Shown here in pieces: positions 1 through 8,633 of a stretch of 64,000 nt of DNA. The notes under the pieces are model-generated. The model was not told where the DNA came from. It was given only the letters and a program-made list of their open reading frames with translations, and ran no database searches. Source of the stretch: Deltaproteobacteria bacterium. GTDB taxonomy: Bacteria > Myxococcota > Kuafuiibacteriia > Kuafuiibacteriales > Kuafuiibacteriaceae. A program made the translations under genes and the position numbers. Numbering within the stretch: position 1 is the first letter of the stretch; each line of letters starts with the position of its first letter. Where the stretch lies: positions 1 through 64,000 of the forward strand of contig JAVJQW010000050.1 of the NCBI GenBank assembly GCA_040218735.1, read 5' to 3'.

Positions 1-95
1 TTGCTCACCACGTCGACGAGCTCCTCGATGAGCTCCACGCTCACCTCCAGAACGATGAACCGACCAGGAGAGGCTGCATTGTTTTTTCTGTTCAT
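1..95 (-). CDS. Four-helix-bundle protein (TIGR02436/23S-IVP/Avd-like), N-terminal part only; runs off window start
   Basis: Manual translation from ATG at 95: MNRKNNAASPGRFIVLEVSVELIEELVDVVS..., which aligns with the N-terminus of the 511..858 gene (RFVALDVALEMIRQLREPLA). GGAGGT directly upstream. Confidence 0.65.
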   Translation of the reverse strand, partial: MNRKNNAASPGRFIVLEVSVELIEELVDVVS

Positions 96-260
96 ACCTC
101 CCCCCGGCGCAGGCGGCGTGACGAACGGCCCTCCGTTCGGAAGGCTACTTTCAGTGGAATCTATTCGATGGCTCGGTCGTGCCGGGGAATCAGAATCACA
201 AGCCGATCGGCACGACGGTTGCGCCGCACATAAGGGATGAACAGAAAAAACAATGCAGCC
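72..260. repeat. Perfect 24-bp inverted repeat (72-95 / 237-260) duplicating the first 8 codons of the leftward gene
   Basis: ggctgcattgttttttctgttcat (72-95) is the exact reverse complement of atgaacagaaaaaacaatgcagcc (237-260). Imperfect extension to 63/270. Confidence 0.95.
208..222 (+). promoter_or_regulatory. Sigma54 (-24/-12)-type promoter
   Basis: CGGCACG-acgg-TTGC with exact GG-N10-GC spacing, 14 nt before the duplicated ATG at 237. Confidence 0.6.
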
Positions 261-410
261 GTCGCCCGGTAGCTCGGTGTGTGCACCTCAACCCAGAAGA
301 CGGAGAGAGAGTCCTCCCTCCGATCGAAGCGCCTCGCTCATGCCGAAGAAAGAACCTCTCCCGTCAAAGTGCCTTAGGGAGTTGAAACCATCCCCAGTGC
401 CACGACCCCC

Positions 411-534
411 GGCCGAGTTCTTGGTTGGGTTCACACCCATGAAGCGGCGCAACAGTCGCGCCAAGGACCGCAGACGGCCCTTGTCACGCCTCCTGCGCCG
501 AGAGGGGGGCATGAACCCAACCAAGAACTCGACC
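411..534. repeat. Inverted repeat (perfect 20 bp 414-433 / 512-531; 23 bp with one mismatch) duplicating the start of the rightward gene
   Basis: cgagttcttggttgggttca is the reverse complement of tgaacccaaccaagaactcg. Confidence 0.95.
449..463 (-). promoter_or_regulatory. Sigma54 (-24/-12)-type promoter
   Basis: Minus strand TGGCGCG-actg-TTGC with GG-N10-GC spacing, 14 nt before the duplicated GTG at 434. Confidence 0.6.
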
Positions 535-858
535 TACCGCTTCGTGGCGCTCGATGTGGCGCTGGAGATGATTCGTCAGCTCCGGGAGCCGCTTGCGAAG
601 ATTCGGACGCACGATGCGGATTTGGCGAAGCAGATCAGGAAGGCGGCAGCGTCGGTGCCGTTGAACGTGGCGGAAGGAAGCCGGCGCGCCGGGGGCGACA
701 GAGCGTATGCGTTCAGAGTTGCGCTCGGGAGCGCGGATGAAGTGCGCGCCGCGCTGATGTGCGCGGATGCGTGGGGGTACGCGGCGGCGGATGAGGAGCT
801 GCTGGCGACGCTGGATCGCTTGATGGGGCTCATCTGGGGCCTCGGCGGTAGGCGGTAG
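511..858 (+). CDS. Four-helix-bundle protein (TIGR02436 / 23S rRNA IVP family, Avd-like fold)
   Basis: 115 aa with family motif LAKQIRKAAASVPLNVAEG...AFRVALGSADEVRAAL...WGY. G-rich RBS before ATG 511. Confidence 0.88.
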   Translation: MNPTKNSTYRFVALDVALEMIRQLREPLAKIRTHDADLAKQIRKAAASVPLNVAEGSRRAGGDRAYAFRVALGSADEVRAALMCADAWGYAAADEELLATLDRLMGLIWGLGGRR

Positions 859-867
859 CTGAGGACG

Positions 868-895
868 CTCGGCGCCGTCGCGAGGCGGCGCCGAG
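868..895 (+). terminator. GC-rich hairpin with GCGA tetraloop after the four-helix-bundle gene
   Basis: ctcggcgccgtc-gcga-ggcggcgccgag (12 bp including one G.U), followed only by a weak ctcttc tail. Confidence 0.5.
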
Positions 896-912
896 CCTCT
901 TCGATCGCGAAT

Positions 913-1092
913 CGGAAGCGGAGACGGAGACGGATTCGGAAGCAGAGACGGATTCGGACTCCGACTCGGATTCGGATTCGGATTCGGGATCGGATTCGGA
1001 CTCGGACTCGGACTCGGAAACGGGATCGGACTCGGATTCGGGATCGGACTCGGATTCGGAAACGGGATCGGAAACGGAAACGGACTCGGACT
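913..1092. repeat. Degenerate hexamer tandem array, 30 units of CGGANN
   Basis: cggaag cggaga cggaga cggatt ... cggact cggact, in unbroken 6-nt phase between the hairpin and the rbfA stop. Confidence 0.95.
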
Positions 1093-1119
1093 CGACCTCC
1101 GCCTCAGCCCCGCCGCCCC

Positions 1120-1536
1120 CTACTCCTCCTCGCCAGCCTCGCCCCCCTCCTCATCGCCGTCCCGCACCTCGCGCAAGATCGCCTCGATCTTCGCGCCCTC
1201 CCGGATCGACTCGTCCGCGAAGAACTTCACCTTCGGCGTGAACCGCAGCGCCAGCCGCGAGGCCACCTCGCGCTGCGTTGCCCCCGCGGCGGACTCCAGC
1301 CCCTCGAGCACGTCCTTTTGGATCTTCGCGTCGTCCGGGAAGATCGAGACGTACACGCGCGCCTGCTTCAGGTCCGGGGTCATCGCGACGTCCGTGACCG
1401 TCACGATCGAGGCCTCCTTCACGCGCGGGTCTTTGATGGCGCCCTCCAGCAGCATGTTCGAAAGCGCCTGGCGCATCTGTTCTCCCACCTGCGTGGGCCG
1501 CGCCTTGTTGGACGCCTTGGTTCGCTTCTTCGCCAT
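1120..1536 (-). CDS. rbfA: Ribosome-binding factor A
   Basis: IKDPRV...VTVTDVAMTPDLKQARVYVS...LRFTPKVKFFADESI; lies downstream of infB. Confidence 0.95.
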   Translation of the reverse strand: MAKKRTKASNKARPTQVGEQMRQALSNMLLEGAIKDPRVKEASIVTVTDVAMTPDLKQARVYVSIFPDDAKIQKDVLEGLESAAGATQREVASRLALRFTPKVKFFADESIREGAKIEAILREVRDGDEEGGEAGEEE

Positions 1537-1832
1537 CAGGACACCGTCATGATCTCGAGCTTCGTATCGAGCACGTCCGCCCGACCGATCGCCATGTCCT
1601 CCAACGCGTCGAGCACCTTGTCGAGCATCGAGTTCGCGAACGCGTGGTCATTCGCCACCACGCTCACGCCGATGCGCGCACGGTTGTGGATGTCGTTGTC
1701 ACCGACCTCCGCCACCGACGCGTTGAACTTGTTGCGGGTGCGCTCGATCAACGAGCGCACCACCTTCCGCTTCTCTTTGAGGGAGAACGCCCCCGGAATC
1801 GAGAGCGTGACTTCCAGGACGCCGACGACCAC
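1536..1832 (-). CDS. DUF503 (YlxP-like) protein
   Basis: SLKEKRKVVRSLIERTRNKFNASVAEVG motif; conserved position between infB and rbfA. Confidence 0.9.
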   Translation of the reverse strand: MVVGVLEVTLSIPGAFSLKEKRKVVRSLIERTRNKFNASVAEVGDNDIHNRARIGVSVVANDHAFANSMLDKVLDALEDMAIGRADVLDTKLEIMTVS

Positions 1833-4766
1833 CTAGACCCGGGTCTCGGCGTGCTCCGGCTCGTCGAGGACCGCCTCGGTCATCACGATCTCGTAGGCCT
1901 CGATGATGTCGCCTTCCTGGATGTCGTTGAACTTCTCGATGCCCATGCCGCACTCGAAGCCTTCCTTCACCTCGCGGACGTCGTCCTTGAAGCGCTTCAG
2001 GCTCGACAGCTTGCCGTCGTAGATCGGCTTGTTGTCGCGCAGCAGCCGGACGTTCGCCGAACGCTGCACCACGCCGTCCACAATCGCACAACCCGCGACC
2101 GTCCCGACCTTCGGGACCGAGAAGGTCTGCCGAACCTCGGCGCGACCCAGGTAGCGCTCCTTCTCGACCTTGTCGAGGAGGCCGGTCATCGCACGCTTCA
2201 CCTCGTCCACGGCCTCGTAGATGATCGCGTAGGTCCGGATGTCGACGTCCATCGCACGCGCCGCCTTCAGCGCGTTGGTGTCCGGACGCACCCCGAAGCC
2301 GATGATGATCGCCTCCGACGCGGTCGCGAACTCGACGTCCGACTCCGTCACGCCACCCACACCGCTCGAGATGACCGACACACGCACCTTCGGCGTCGAC
2401 AACGCCGTCAGCGCACCGGACACGGCCTCGACCGAGCCCTGCACGTCCGCCTTCACGATGAGCTTGAGCTCCTTGTGATCGCCCGCGTTGATGCGGCTGA
2501 ACAGATCCTGCAGCGAGACCTTGCCCTGCGGCGACACCTCGGCCGCACGCCGCTTGTCGCGGCGGTGCGCCGCCAGCGCACGCGCGTCGTCCAGGTCCTT
2601 CGCCACACGAAGCTCGTCACCCGGGTTCGGCACACCGTCCAGACCGAGGATCTCGACCGGCATCGACGGCCCAGCTTCCTTCGTCTTCTTGCCGCCGTCC
2701 GACATCATCGCGCGGATACGGCCGATGTTCTCGCCGACCACCACGATGTTGCCGACCTCGAGCGTGCCCTCCTGAACGAGCACCGTCGCCACCGGTCCGC
2801 GCCCCTTGTGCACGTGACCCTCGACGACCACGCCGATCGCCGGCGCCTCGGGGTTGGCCTTCAGCTCCATGATCTCGGACTGCAGCGCGATGAGCTCGAG
2901 GAGCTCCTCGACCCCATCACCCGTCTTCGCCGAGATGTTCCGCGACAGCGTGTCACCACCCCAGTCCTCGACGAGGATCGAGCGGTCGGCCAACTGCTGG
3001 AGCACCCGGTCCGGGTTCGCCTCCGGCTTGTCGATCTTGTTGACCGCCACGATGATCGGCACCCCGGCCGCCCGCGCGTGGTCGATCGCTTCCTTCGTCT
3101 GCGGCATCACACCGTCGTCCGCCGCGACCACGAGCACCACGATGTCCGTGACGTTCGCACCGCGCGCACGCATCGCCGTGAACGCCGCGTGACCCGGCGT
3201 ATCGAGGAACGTGACCAGCCCCTTCGAAGTCGGCACCTGGTAACCCGCGATCCGCTGCGTGATGCCACCGGCCTCGCCCGCGGCAACGTTGGCGTTGCGA
3301 ATGCGGTCGAGGAGCGACGTCTTGCCGTGGTCGACGTGACCCATGACGGTCACCACCGGAGCACGCGGCTTCGAGTTCTCGTCGTACGTCTTCTTCGTCA
3401 CCGCGAGGGTCTTGCCCTCGAGCAGGTCCTCTTCCACCAGCTGGCGCGAATCCACCTCGTACTCGAAGTGCTCGCAGACCATGACGGCCGTGTCGTGATC
3501 GATCGGCGCGTTGATGTTCGCCATGATGCCGTTGCGCATCAGGAAGCCGATGATCTCGGCCGCCTTCTTCGACATCTGCTGCGAAAGCTCCGCGACGGTA
3601 ATCGTATCTCCAATTTGCACAGGCTGTTTTGCGACGGGCGTCAGCGGCTCCGTCTTCTTCGAAGGCCGCTTGTTGCGGATCCGCTTGCGGTTCGGCGACG
3701 GGTAGTACACCTGACCGCGGCGGTGCTCGAGGAGGTCCTTCGCGGACATCTCCTCGCGACGCCGGCCCGCGTTGCGCTTCCCGCGCGACGCTTCCTTGCG
3801 GACATCGACCAGCTCCTTGCGCTTGCCGGTCGCGTCCGTGCGGACCTCCAGCTCGAGCAGCGGCGAAGCCGGGACTTGCTTGCCCCACTCCTTGGGCGGC
3901 TCGGGCCGCTTGCTGGCCTTGAGGCGCGCCTTCAAGACGTTCGGATCGATCTTACGAACGATCTTCGTCTCGGGGACGTCCTCCTTCTTGGGCGCAGCCA
4001 CCGCCGAGGGCGGCGGCGGAGCGACGCGCGCCGAAGCCATGCTCTCGTCGCGCGCGGCGAAATCGAACTCGGAGATACCGATGTCTTCCACGTCGGGCTT
4101 TTCGTCCTCTTCGTCGTACTCTTCTTCGCGCTTGTCGGGACGCGCGGTCCGCGCCTCACGGCGCTCCTTCTTCGGTTCCTCGTCCGCCTTGGCCTCGACC
4201 GTCTCCGCGGCCTCCTCGGCGGGCGCCGCCTCGGCCTCGGGCGCGGCCTCCGCCTCGACGGCGGGGGCTTCCTCAGCCGGCGCCTCGGGCGCGGCCTCGG
4301 CCGCCTCGGGCGCTGCCGCCTCCACAGCCTCGGGCGCGGGCTGCGCGGCGGCCTCCTCGGTCGCCTCGGGCGGCGTGGGCGGCGTGGCGTCTTCGGCCGC
4401 GGGCTCGGCCGGCGTCTCGGGCGGAGTGGGCGTGGCTTCGGCCTGGGCCTCGCGGCGCACGACGGTCTGCGTCGTGGTGGGCTCGCCGCCCGGCTCGGCG
4501 GGCGCAGCCGCGCGACGACGGATCACGGTCGCTGGCTTTTCGCCCTTGCGACGACGACGGATCACGCCCTTGCTGACGCGACGCTCGTCGGTCTTCGCCT
4601 TGCGCTCGTCCTCTTCCTTCTTGAGGGCGCGCTTCACGTCGTCTTCGTCGACGGTCGACGAGTGCGACTTCACCTCGAAGCCGAGCTTCTGGAGCTTGTC
4701 GATCAGGTCACGGTTGTTGGTGTAGCCCAGCTCCCGCGCCAGCTCGAAGATTCGCTTCTTGCCCAT
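1833..4766 (-). CDS. infB: Translation initiation factor IF-2
   Basis: [13 protein letters not shown]-terminus; [17 protein letters not shown] and NKID GTPase motifs; C-terminal [13 protein letters not shown]. Confidence 0.99.
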   Translation of the reverse strand: MGKKRIFELARELGYTNNRDLIDKLQKLGFEVKSHSSTVDEDDVKRALKKEEDERKAKTDERRVSKGVIRRRRKGEKPATVIRRRAAAPAEPGGEPTTTQTVVRREAQAEATPTPPETPAEPAAEDATPPTPPEATEEAAAQPAPEAVEAAAPEAAEAAPEAPAEEAPAVEAEAAPEAEAAPAEEAAETVEAKADEEPKKERREARTARPDKREEEYDEEDEKPDVEDIGISEFDFAARDESMASARVAPPPPSAVAAPKKEDVPETKIVRKIDPNVLKARLKASKRPEPPKEWGKQVPASPLLELEVRTDATGKRKELVDVRKEASRGKRNAGRRREEMSAKDLLEHRRGQVYYPSPNRKRIRNKRPSKKTEPLTPVAKQPVQIGDTITVAELSQQMSKKAAEIIGFLMRNGIMANINAPIDHDTAVMVCEHFEYEVDSRQLVEEDLLEGKTLAVTKKTYDENSKPRAPVVTVMGHVDHGKTSLLDRIRNANVAAGEAGGITQRIAGYQVPTSKGLVTFLDTPGHAAFTAMRARGANVTDIVVLVVAADDGVMPQTKEAIDHARAAGVPIIVAVNKIDKPEANPDRVLQQLADRSILVEDWGGDTLSRNISAKTGDGVEELLELIALQSEIMELKANPEAPAIGVVVEGHVHKGRGPVATVLVQEGTLEVGNIVVVGENIGRIRAMMSDGGKKTKEAGPSMPVEILGLDGVPNPGDELRVAKDLDDARALAAHRRDKRRAAEVSPQGKVSLQDLFSRINAGDHKELKLIVKADVQGSVEAVSGALTALSTPKVRVSVISSGVGGVTESDVEFATASEAIIIGFGVRPDTNALKAARAMDVDIRTYAIIYEAVDEVKRAMTGLLDKVEKERYLGRAEVRQTFSVPKVGTVAGCAIVDGVVQRSANVRLLRDNKPIYDGKLSSLKRFKDDVREVKEGFECGMGIEKFNDIQEGDIIEAYEIVMTEAVLDEPEHAETRV

Positions 4767-4769
4767 ACG

Positions 4770-5498
4770 TCAGTTCACCTCGCTCCCCCCGAGGCCGCCC
4801 GAGCCTCGAAGTCCGGTGCTTCGAACCACCTCCGTCGCCCAGCGATCCGCCAGGCTCGAAGGTCGGATAGCCACCACCGAGACCGTCTCCCTACCGAGAC
4901 GCGCCCCGAGGGTCGCCTTGTCGTGTGCGAGCACCGAGCACGTCAGGCCCGCGCGCTCGGCGTTCTGTACGACCCGATGTCGGGTCCGGTCGCTCGCGTC
5001 CTGCGCGACGACCACCACCGCGTTCTGCGGGGCGTTGTTCAGCAATCGAAGGACGGCGTCCATTCCCAATTCGAGGACCCCCGCGCGTCGCGCCAGCCCG
5101 AGCAGCTCGAGCAACCGCTCGTCCAGGCGACGCACTGCGTCCTCGACGTGCCGCATTGCCTCATCCGGGGCCAGAGGTCGAGCCTTACCTTTGAAGACCC
5201 GACCCGACCCCTTCTCGGTCAGCGCTTCGACCAGACGGTCCCGGTCCGCGACGACATAAAAGCCCCGCCCGGGCGCCCGCCCGACCAGGTCGATGTACGG
5301 CGTTCCCTCGGGCCCGATCGCCAGACGAACCAGCGTGTCCTGAGGGGCGGCGGTCCGCGTCAGCGCGCACGTACGGGTGCCTGGCGGGGACTTGCGCCCG
5401 CCCGCCACCGACGCGGTCGTCTTCTGACGCCGCGCCGCCGCGCTCTTCTTGGCCGACCCCTTCGGGCCGGATGTCCGCTCCGCCACAGCCGTCACCAT
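4770..5498 (-). CDS. YlxR (DUF448)-L7Ae/YlxQ fusion RNA-binding protein
   Basis: RTC...LVRL...APGRGFYV (YlxR) followed by LLGLARRAG...G...AQDAS...LGARLGRETVSVVAI (L7Ae); lies between nusA and infB. Confidence 0.85.
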   Translation of the reverse strand: MVTAVAERTSGPKGSAKKSAAARRQKTTASVAGGRKSPPGTRTCALTRTAAPQDTLVRLAIGPEGTPYIDLVGRAPGRGFYVVADRDRLVEALTEKGSGRVFKGKARPLAPDEAMRHVEDAVRRLDERLLELLGLARRAGVLELGMDAVLRLLNNAPQNAVVVVAQDASDRTRHRVVQNAERAGLTCSVLAHDKATLGARLGRETVSVVAIRPSSLADRWATEVVRSTGLRGSGGLGGSEVN

Positions 5499-5502
5499 CT
5501 CG

Positions 5503-7161
5503 TTACGCCGTCGCCTCCTGGCCGGCCTCGCCCTCGGCCTCCGCAGGACCCGTCAGCAGCTCCGAGGGCGTGTAGCCCTCCTCCGGCCCGGCGTCGTCCG
5601 AGGAGACCTCCAGGGTCTGCCCGGCCTTCTCCTTCTCCAGGTAGACGATCGCCGCGTGGCGCAGCTGGTCGAGCTTCTCCTTGGCCAGGTCGGTGCGCTC
5701 CGCGGCGCGGTCCAGGTCGAACATGCCCGCGACGTCCTCGACGCAGAACACCCCCGCGCTCTCGACCGCCGCGATGGTGGAGGGCCCCATACCTTTGACG
5801 CGGGCGAGACGATCGGCCTCCGACATCAGCGTGTGCTTGTAGTCGTAGTAGTCGAACATCTGCTTCGCCTGGACGCGGGCCTTCTCCTCCTCGCTCTTCT
5901 TCTGCTCCTCGAGCTCGGCCTGCTCCTCGGCGACGACCCGCTCGGAGTCCTTCTTGAGGTGCTTCGCGAACTCCTCCCCGATCCCGGGGATGTTCGAGAG
6001 GAACGTCTCGTCGATGTCGAGGATGTCCTGCGCGCAGCGGACGCCGTAGTTGTAGAGCGTCTGCATGTGGATGTCGTTCACGCGCTCGAGGCGGCCGAGC
6101 GACTTGAACGCCCGATCCTTCACCTCGCGCACCTTCGACTCCGAGATGATGTCCAGGCGCCAGCCGGTGAGCTGCGACGCGAGCCGCACGTTCTGACCAC
6201 GACGTCCGATCGCCAGCGACAGCTGGTCGTCGGGCACGATGATCTCCATCGCGTGGTTCGACTCGTCGACCAGCACGCGGCTGACCTCCGCCGGCGCGAG
6301 CGCGTTACAGACGAACCGCGCCGTGTCCTCGTCGAACGGGACGATGTCGACCTTCTCGCCGCGCAGCTCCTGCACGACCGCCTGCACGCGCGACCCCTTC
6401 ATGCCGACGCACGCGCCGACCGGATCCACGTCGCGATCCGACGAGCTCACCGCGATCTTGGAACGGGCGCCCGGCTCACGCGCCGCCGCCTCGATCTTCA
6501 CGATGCCCTCGTAGATCTCCGGGACCTCCATCTCGAAGAGCTTGATGAGCAGCCCCGGAGAAGTACGGGAGAGCACGATCTGCGAGCCGCGCGCCTGCTT
6601 GTTCACGTCCAGCACGTAGGCCTGGATGCGGTCCCCGGCGCGGTAGCTCTCCCGCGGGCACTGCTCGCGCAGCGGGAGCACGGCCTCGGCGCGGCCGAGG
6701 TCGACGATGATGTTGCCGCGCTCGAACCGGCGCACGACGCCCGTCGCGAGCTCCTCGGCGCGGTCCGCGTACTCGTTGAAGACGTTCTCGCGCTCCGCCT
6801 CGCGGACACGCTGGATGATGACCTGCTTCGCGGTCTGCGCGGCGATGCGGCCCAGGTCCGCCTTCTCGCGCTTGATGCCGAGCGAGTCACCGACCTCGCA
6901 CTCGGGGTCGAGGTCGCGGCCCTCGTCCAGGAGGATCTCCGTGGCGGCGTCCTCGATCTGGTCGACGACGGTGCGGAACTCGAAGATCTCGACCTCCCCC
7001 TTGTCCTCGTCCCAGTGCGCCTCGATGTCGCGCTCCAGGCCGTAGACCTTGCGGGCGGCCGTCAGCATGGCCGCTTCGAGCGCCTCGATGAGGATGTCCT
7101 TACTGATCCCCTTGTCCTTGGCGACCTGATCGATGATGGCGTTGAGTTTCTCCAGCTCCAT
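5503..7161 (-). CDS. nusA: Transcription termination/antitermination factor NusA with C-terminal HhH extension
   Basis: [61 protein letters not shown] before ATG 7161. Confidence 0.98.
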   Translation of the reverse strand: MELEKLNAIIDQVAKDKGISKDILIEALEAAMLTAARKVYGLERDIEAHWDEDKGEVEIFEFRTVVDQIEDAATEILLDEGRDLDPECEVGDSLGIKREKADLGRIAAQTAKQVIIQRVREAERENVFNEYADRAEELATGVVRRFERGNIIVDLGRAEAVLPLREQCPRESYRAGDRIQAYVLDVNKQARGSQIVLSRTSPGLLIKLFEMEVPEIYEGIVKIEAAAREPGARSKIAVSSSDRDVDPVGACVGMKGSRVQAVVQELRGEKVDIVPFDEDTARFVCNALAPAEVSRVLVDESNHAMEIIVPDDQLSLAIGRRGQNVRLASQLTGWRLDIISESKVREVKDRAFKSLGRLERVNDIHMQTLYNYGVRCAQDILDIDETFLSNIPGIGEEFAKHLKKDSERVVAEEQAELEEQKKSEEEKARVQAKQMFDYYDYKHTLMSEADRLARVKGMGPSTIAAVESAGVFCVEDVAGMFDLDRAAERTDLAKEKLDQLRHAAIVYLEKEKAGQTLEVSSDDAGPEEGYTPSELLTGPAEAEGEAGQEATA

Positions 7162-7172
7162 GGTCAGTCCTC

Positions 7173-7670
7173 TCAAAAGTCCAACTCGGGCTCGAGGTTG
7201 GCTTTGGCGACGTTGTCCAGGTTCAGCGAGAAGTCGGTGCCGTCGATGTGCACCGTCAGCTCGCCGCCTTCATGCGCGGTGAGCGTCCCCGTGAAGACCC
7301 GCCGGCCGTCGAGCTTCTCGAAGGTCTTCACCTTCACGCGCTCGCCGACGACGCGGTCGAAGTGGGCCGGCTTCGTCAAAGGACGGAACAGACCCGGGGA
7401 GCTGACCTCCAGGTGGTACTTGTCGCCGATGATCTCTTCGACATCGAGGATGTCCCCGACGGTCCGAGACACAAACGAACAGTCCTCCACCGTGACCCCC
7501 TTCTCGGGCGTTCCGGGCGGCACCGTGTCGATGTACAGGCGCAGAATCATACGGCCACGGTCGCTGACGTACTCGACGTCCAACAGCTCGTAACCCTCGC
7601 GCTCCACGACGGGATCGAGCAGGGTCTTCACCCGCTCCACCGTCTGCCTGAGCTGCGTCTTCGCCGTCAT
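7173..7670 (-). CDS. rimP: Ribosome maturation factor RimP
   Basis: LRLYID...GVTVEDCSFVS...YHLEVSSPGLFRPL; first gene of the nusA-infB operon. Confidence 0.96.
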   Translation of the reverse strand: MTAKTQLRQTVERVKTLLDPVVEREGYELLDVEYVSDRGRMILRLYIDTVPPGTPEKGVTVEDCSFVSRTVGDILDVEEIIGDKYHLEVSSPGLFRPLTKPAHFDRVVGERVKVKTFEKLDGRRVFTGTLTAHEGGELTVHIDGTDFSLNLDNVAKANLEPELDF

Positions 7671-7710
7671 CCTTGGGTACCACCGGCCTCCCCACGAGGC
7701 CTACAAACGC

Positions 7711-7744
7711 AAAAAGGTGGAACACCCCGAAAGGCGCCCCACCT
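7711..7744 (-). terminator. rimP-leader attenuator hairpin
   Basis: Minus strand aggtggggcgcc-tttcgg-ggtgttccacct followed by a U-tract, about 40 nt upstream of rimP; matches the known rimP leader position. Confidence 0.7.
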
Positions 7745-7827
7745 CTTCCAACGGCTCTCGCCGATGAGAAAGGTTGTCGGCGACAGGTTGTGTCCGAACC
7801 GCCGCGGTGTTGCAAGGAAAAACAGAC

Positions 7828-8391
7828 ATGGACCTCTTCGACGCCCTCCGCCTCCGCCGCTCGATCAAACCGGAGAAGATGAAGCCCGACCCCGTCCCGC
7901 GCGCGCTCCTCGACCAGCTCCTCGACGCCGCGAACTGGGCCCCCTCCCACGGGCTCACCGAGCCGTGGCGCTTCGTCGTCCATACCGGTGACGCGCGCCG
8001 CGCTCTCGCCGACGCCATCTGCGAGACCTTCGAGGAGGGCCACCTCCCCGACGACGACCCACGACGCGCGAAGCTCCTCGTGAAGACCTCGACCGCGCCG
8101 GTGATCATCGCGATCGTCTGCGCGACCTCGTCGAATCCGAAGATCGTCGAACACGAAGAGATCGCCTCCACCGCGATCGCCGTCCAGAACATGCACCTCG
8201 CCGCGCGCGCGCTCGGGCTCGCGGGCTTCTGGTCGTCCGGCAAGAAGGCGTTCCACCCCGCGGTCGCGAAGCACCTCGGCATCGAGGCGCCGCACCGCTG
8301 CCTCGGCTTCTTCTACGTCGGCTTCCCCGCGGTGCCTTGGCCCGAGGGCACGCGCGGCGCGATCGCCGACAAGGTCGAGTGGCGCGACTGA
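7828..8391 (+). CDS. Nitroreductase family protein (YdjA-like)
   Basis: RRSIK...AANWAPSHGLTEPWRF...AVQNMHLAARALGLAGFWSSG. AAGGA RBS. Confidence 0.92.
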   Translation: MDLFDALRLRRSIKPEKMKPDPVPRALLDQLLDAANWAPSHGLTEPWRFVVHTGDARRALADAICETFEEGHLPDDDPRRAKLLVKTSTAPVIIAIVCATSSNPKIVEHEEIASTAIAVQNMHLAARALGLAGFWSSGKKAFHPAVAKHLGIEAPHRCLGFFYVGFPAVPWPEGTRGAIADKVEWRD

Positions 8392-8494
8392 TCGGCGCGA
8401 CGATCACGATCGAACATCGAAGATCGATCACCGCGTGGGGTCTTCGATTCGTGCCACGCGCGACGCGTGAAACGCGCGCAAGTGCACTGTTGAT

Positions 8495-8522
8495 TTGCAA
8501 TTCGAGCGTTTAGCGCTAAATT
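8495..8522 (+). promoter_or_regulatory. Sigma70-type promoter
   Basis: TTGCAA-N16-TAAATT in an AT-rich island of a very GC-rich sequence. Confidence 0.5.
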
Positions 8523-8528
8523 AACGTC

Positions 8529-8602
8529 ACCGAAGTTCTTCGGATGGCTCGAACAGCTTCGAAGCCCCACTCGGTCTCGCGCTGAGTGGGGCTTTGTTTT
8601 TT
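8529..8602 (+). ncRNA. Candidate ~75-nt small RNA
   Basis: Lies between the promoter and a strong intrinsic terminator, with two small hairpins (ccgaag-ttc-ttcgg; tcgaa-cagc-ttcga). No plus-strand ORF follows. Confidence 0.45.
8562..8602 (+). terminator. Rho-independent terminator
   Basis: aagccccactc...gagtggggctt 11-bp stem followed by tgtttttt. Confidence 0.85.
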
Positions 8603-8633
8603 GCTGCACCGACCGACGAAAGCCGCGTTGCAG

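Noticed and set aside
253-510. N-terminal extension of the 253..858 ORF
   Set aside because: Family similarity and RBS begin at ATG 511; the extension crosses the regulatory cassette.
511-858. 23S rRNA intervening sequence
   Set aside because: No rRNA sequence flanks the gene; the family name is historical.
1-1092. Diversity-generating retroelement or retron (Avd-like genes, inverted repeats, hairpins)
   Set aside because: No reverse transcriptase in the window. The repeats are short and inverted, not a ~100-bp TR/VR pair with adenine-specific mismatches. An RT left of the window cannot be excluded.
913-1092. CRISPR array or Ser-Asp repeat CDS
   Set aside because: Contiguous 6-mers without spacers and no cas genes; the SD-reading frame has no start codon after the stop at 849.
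1644-5798. 1384-aa plus-strand ORF
   Set aside because: Antisense shadow of infB and neighbours, expected with high GC3 codon bias.
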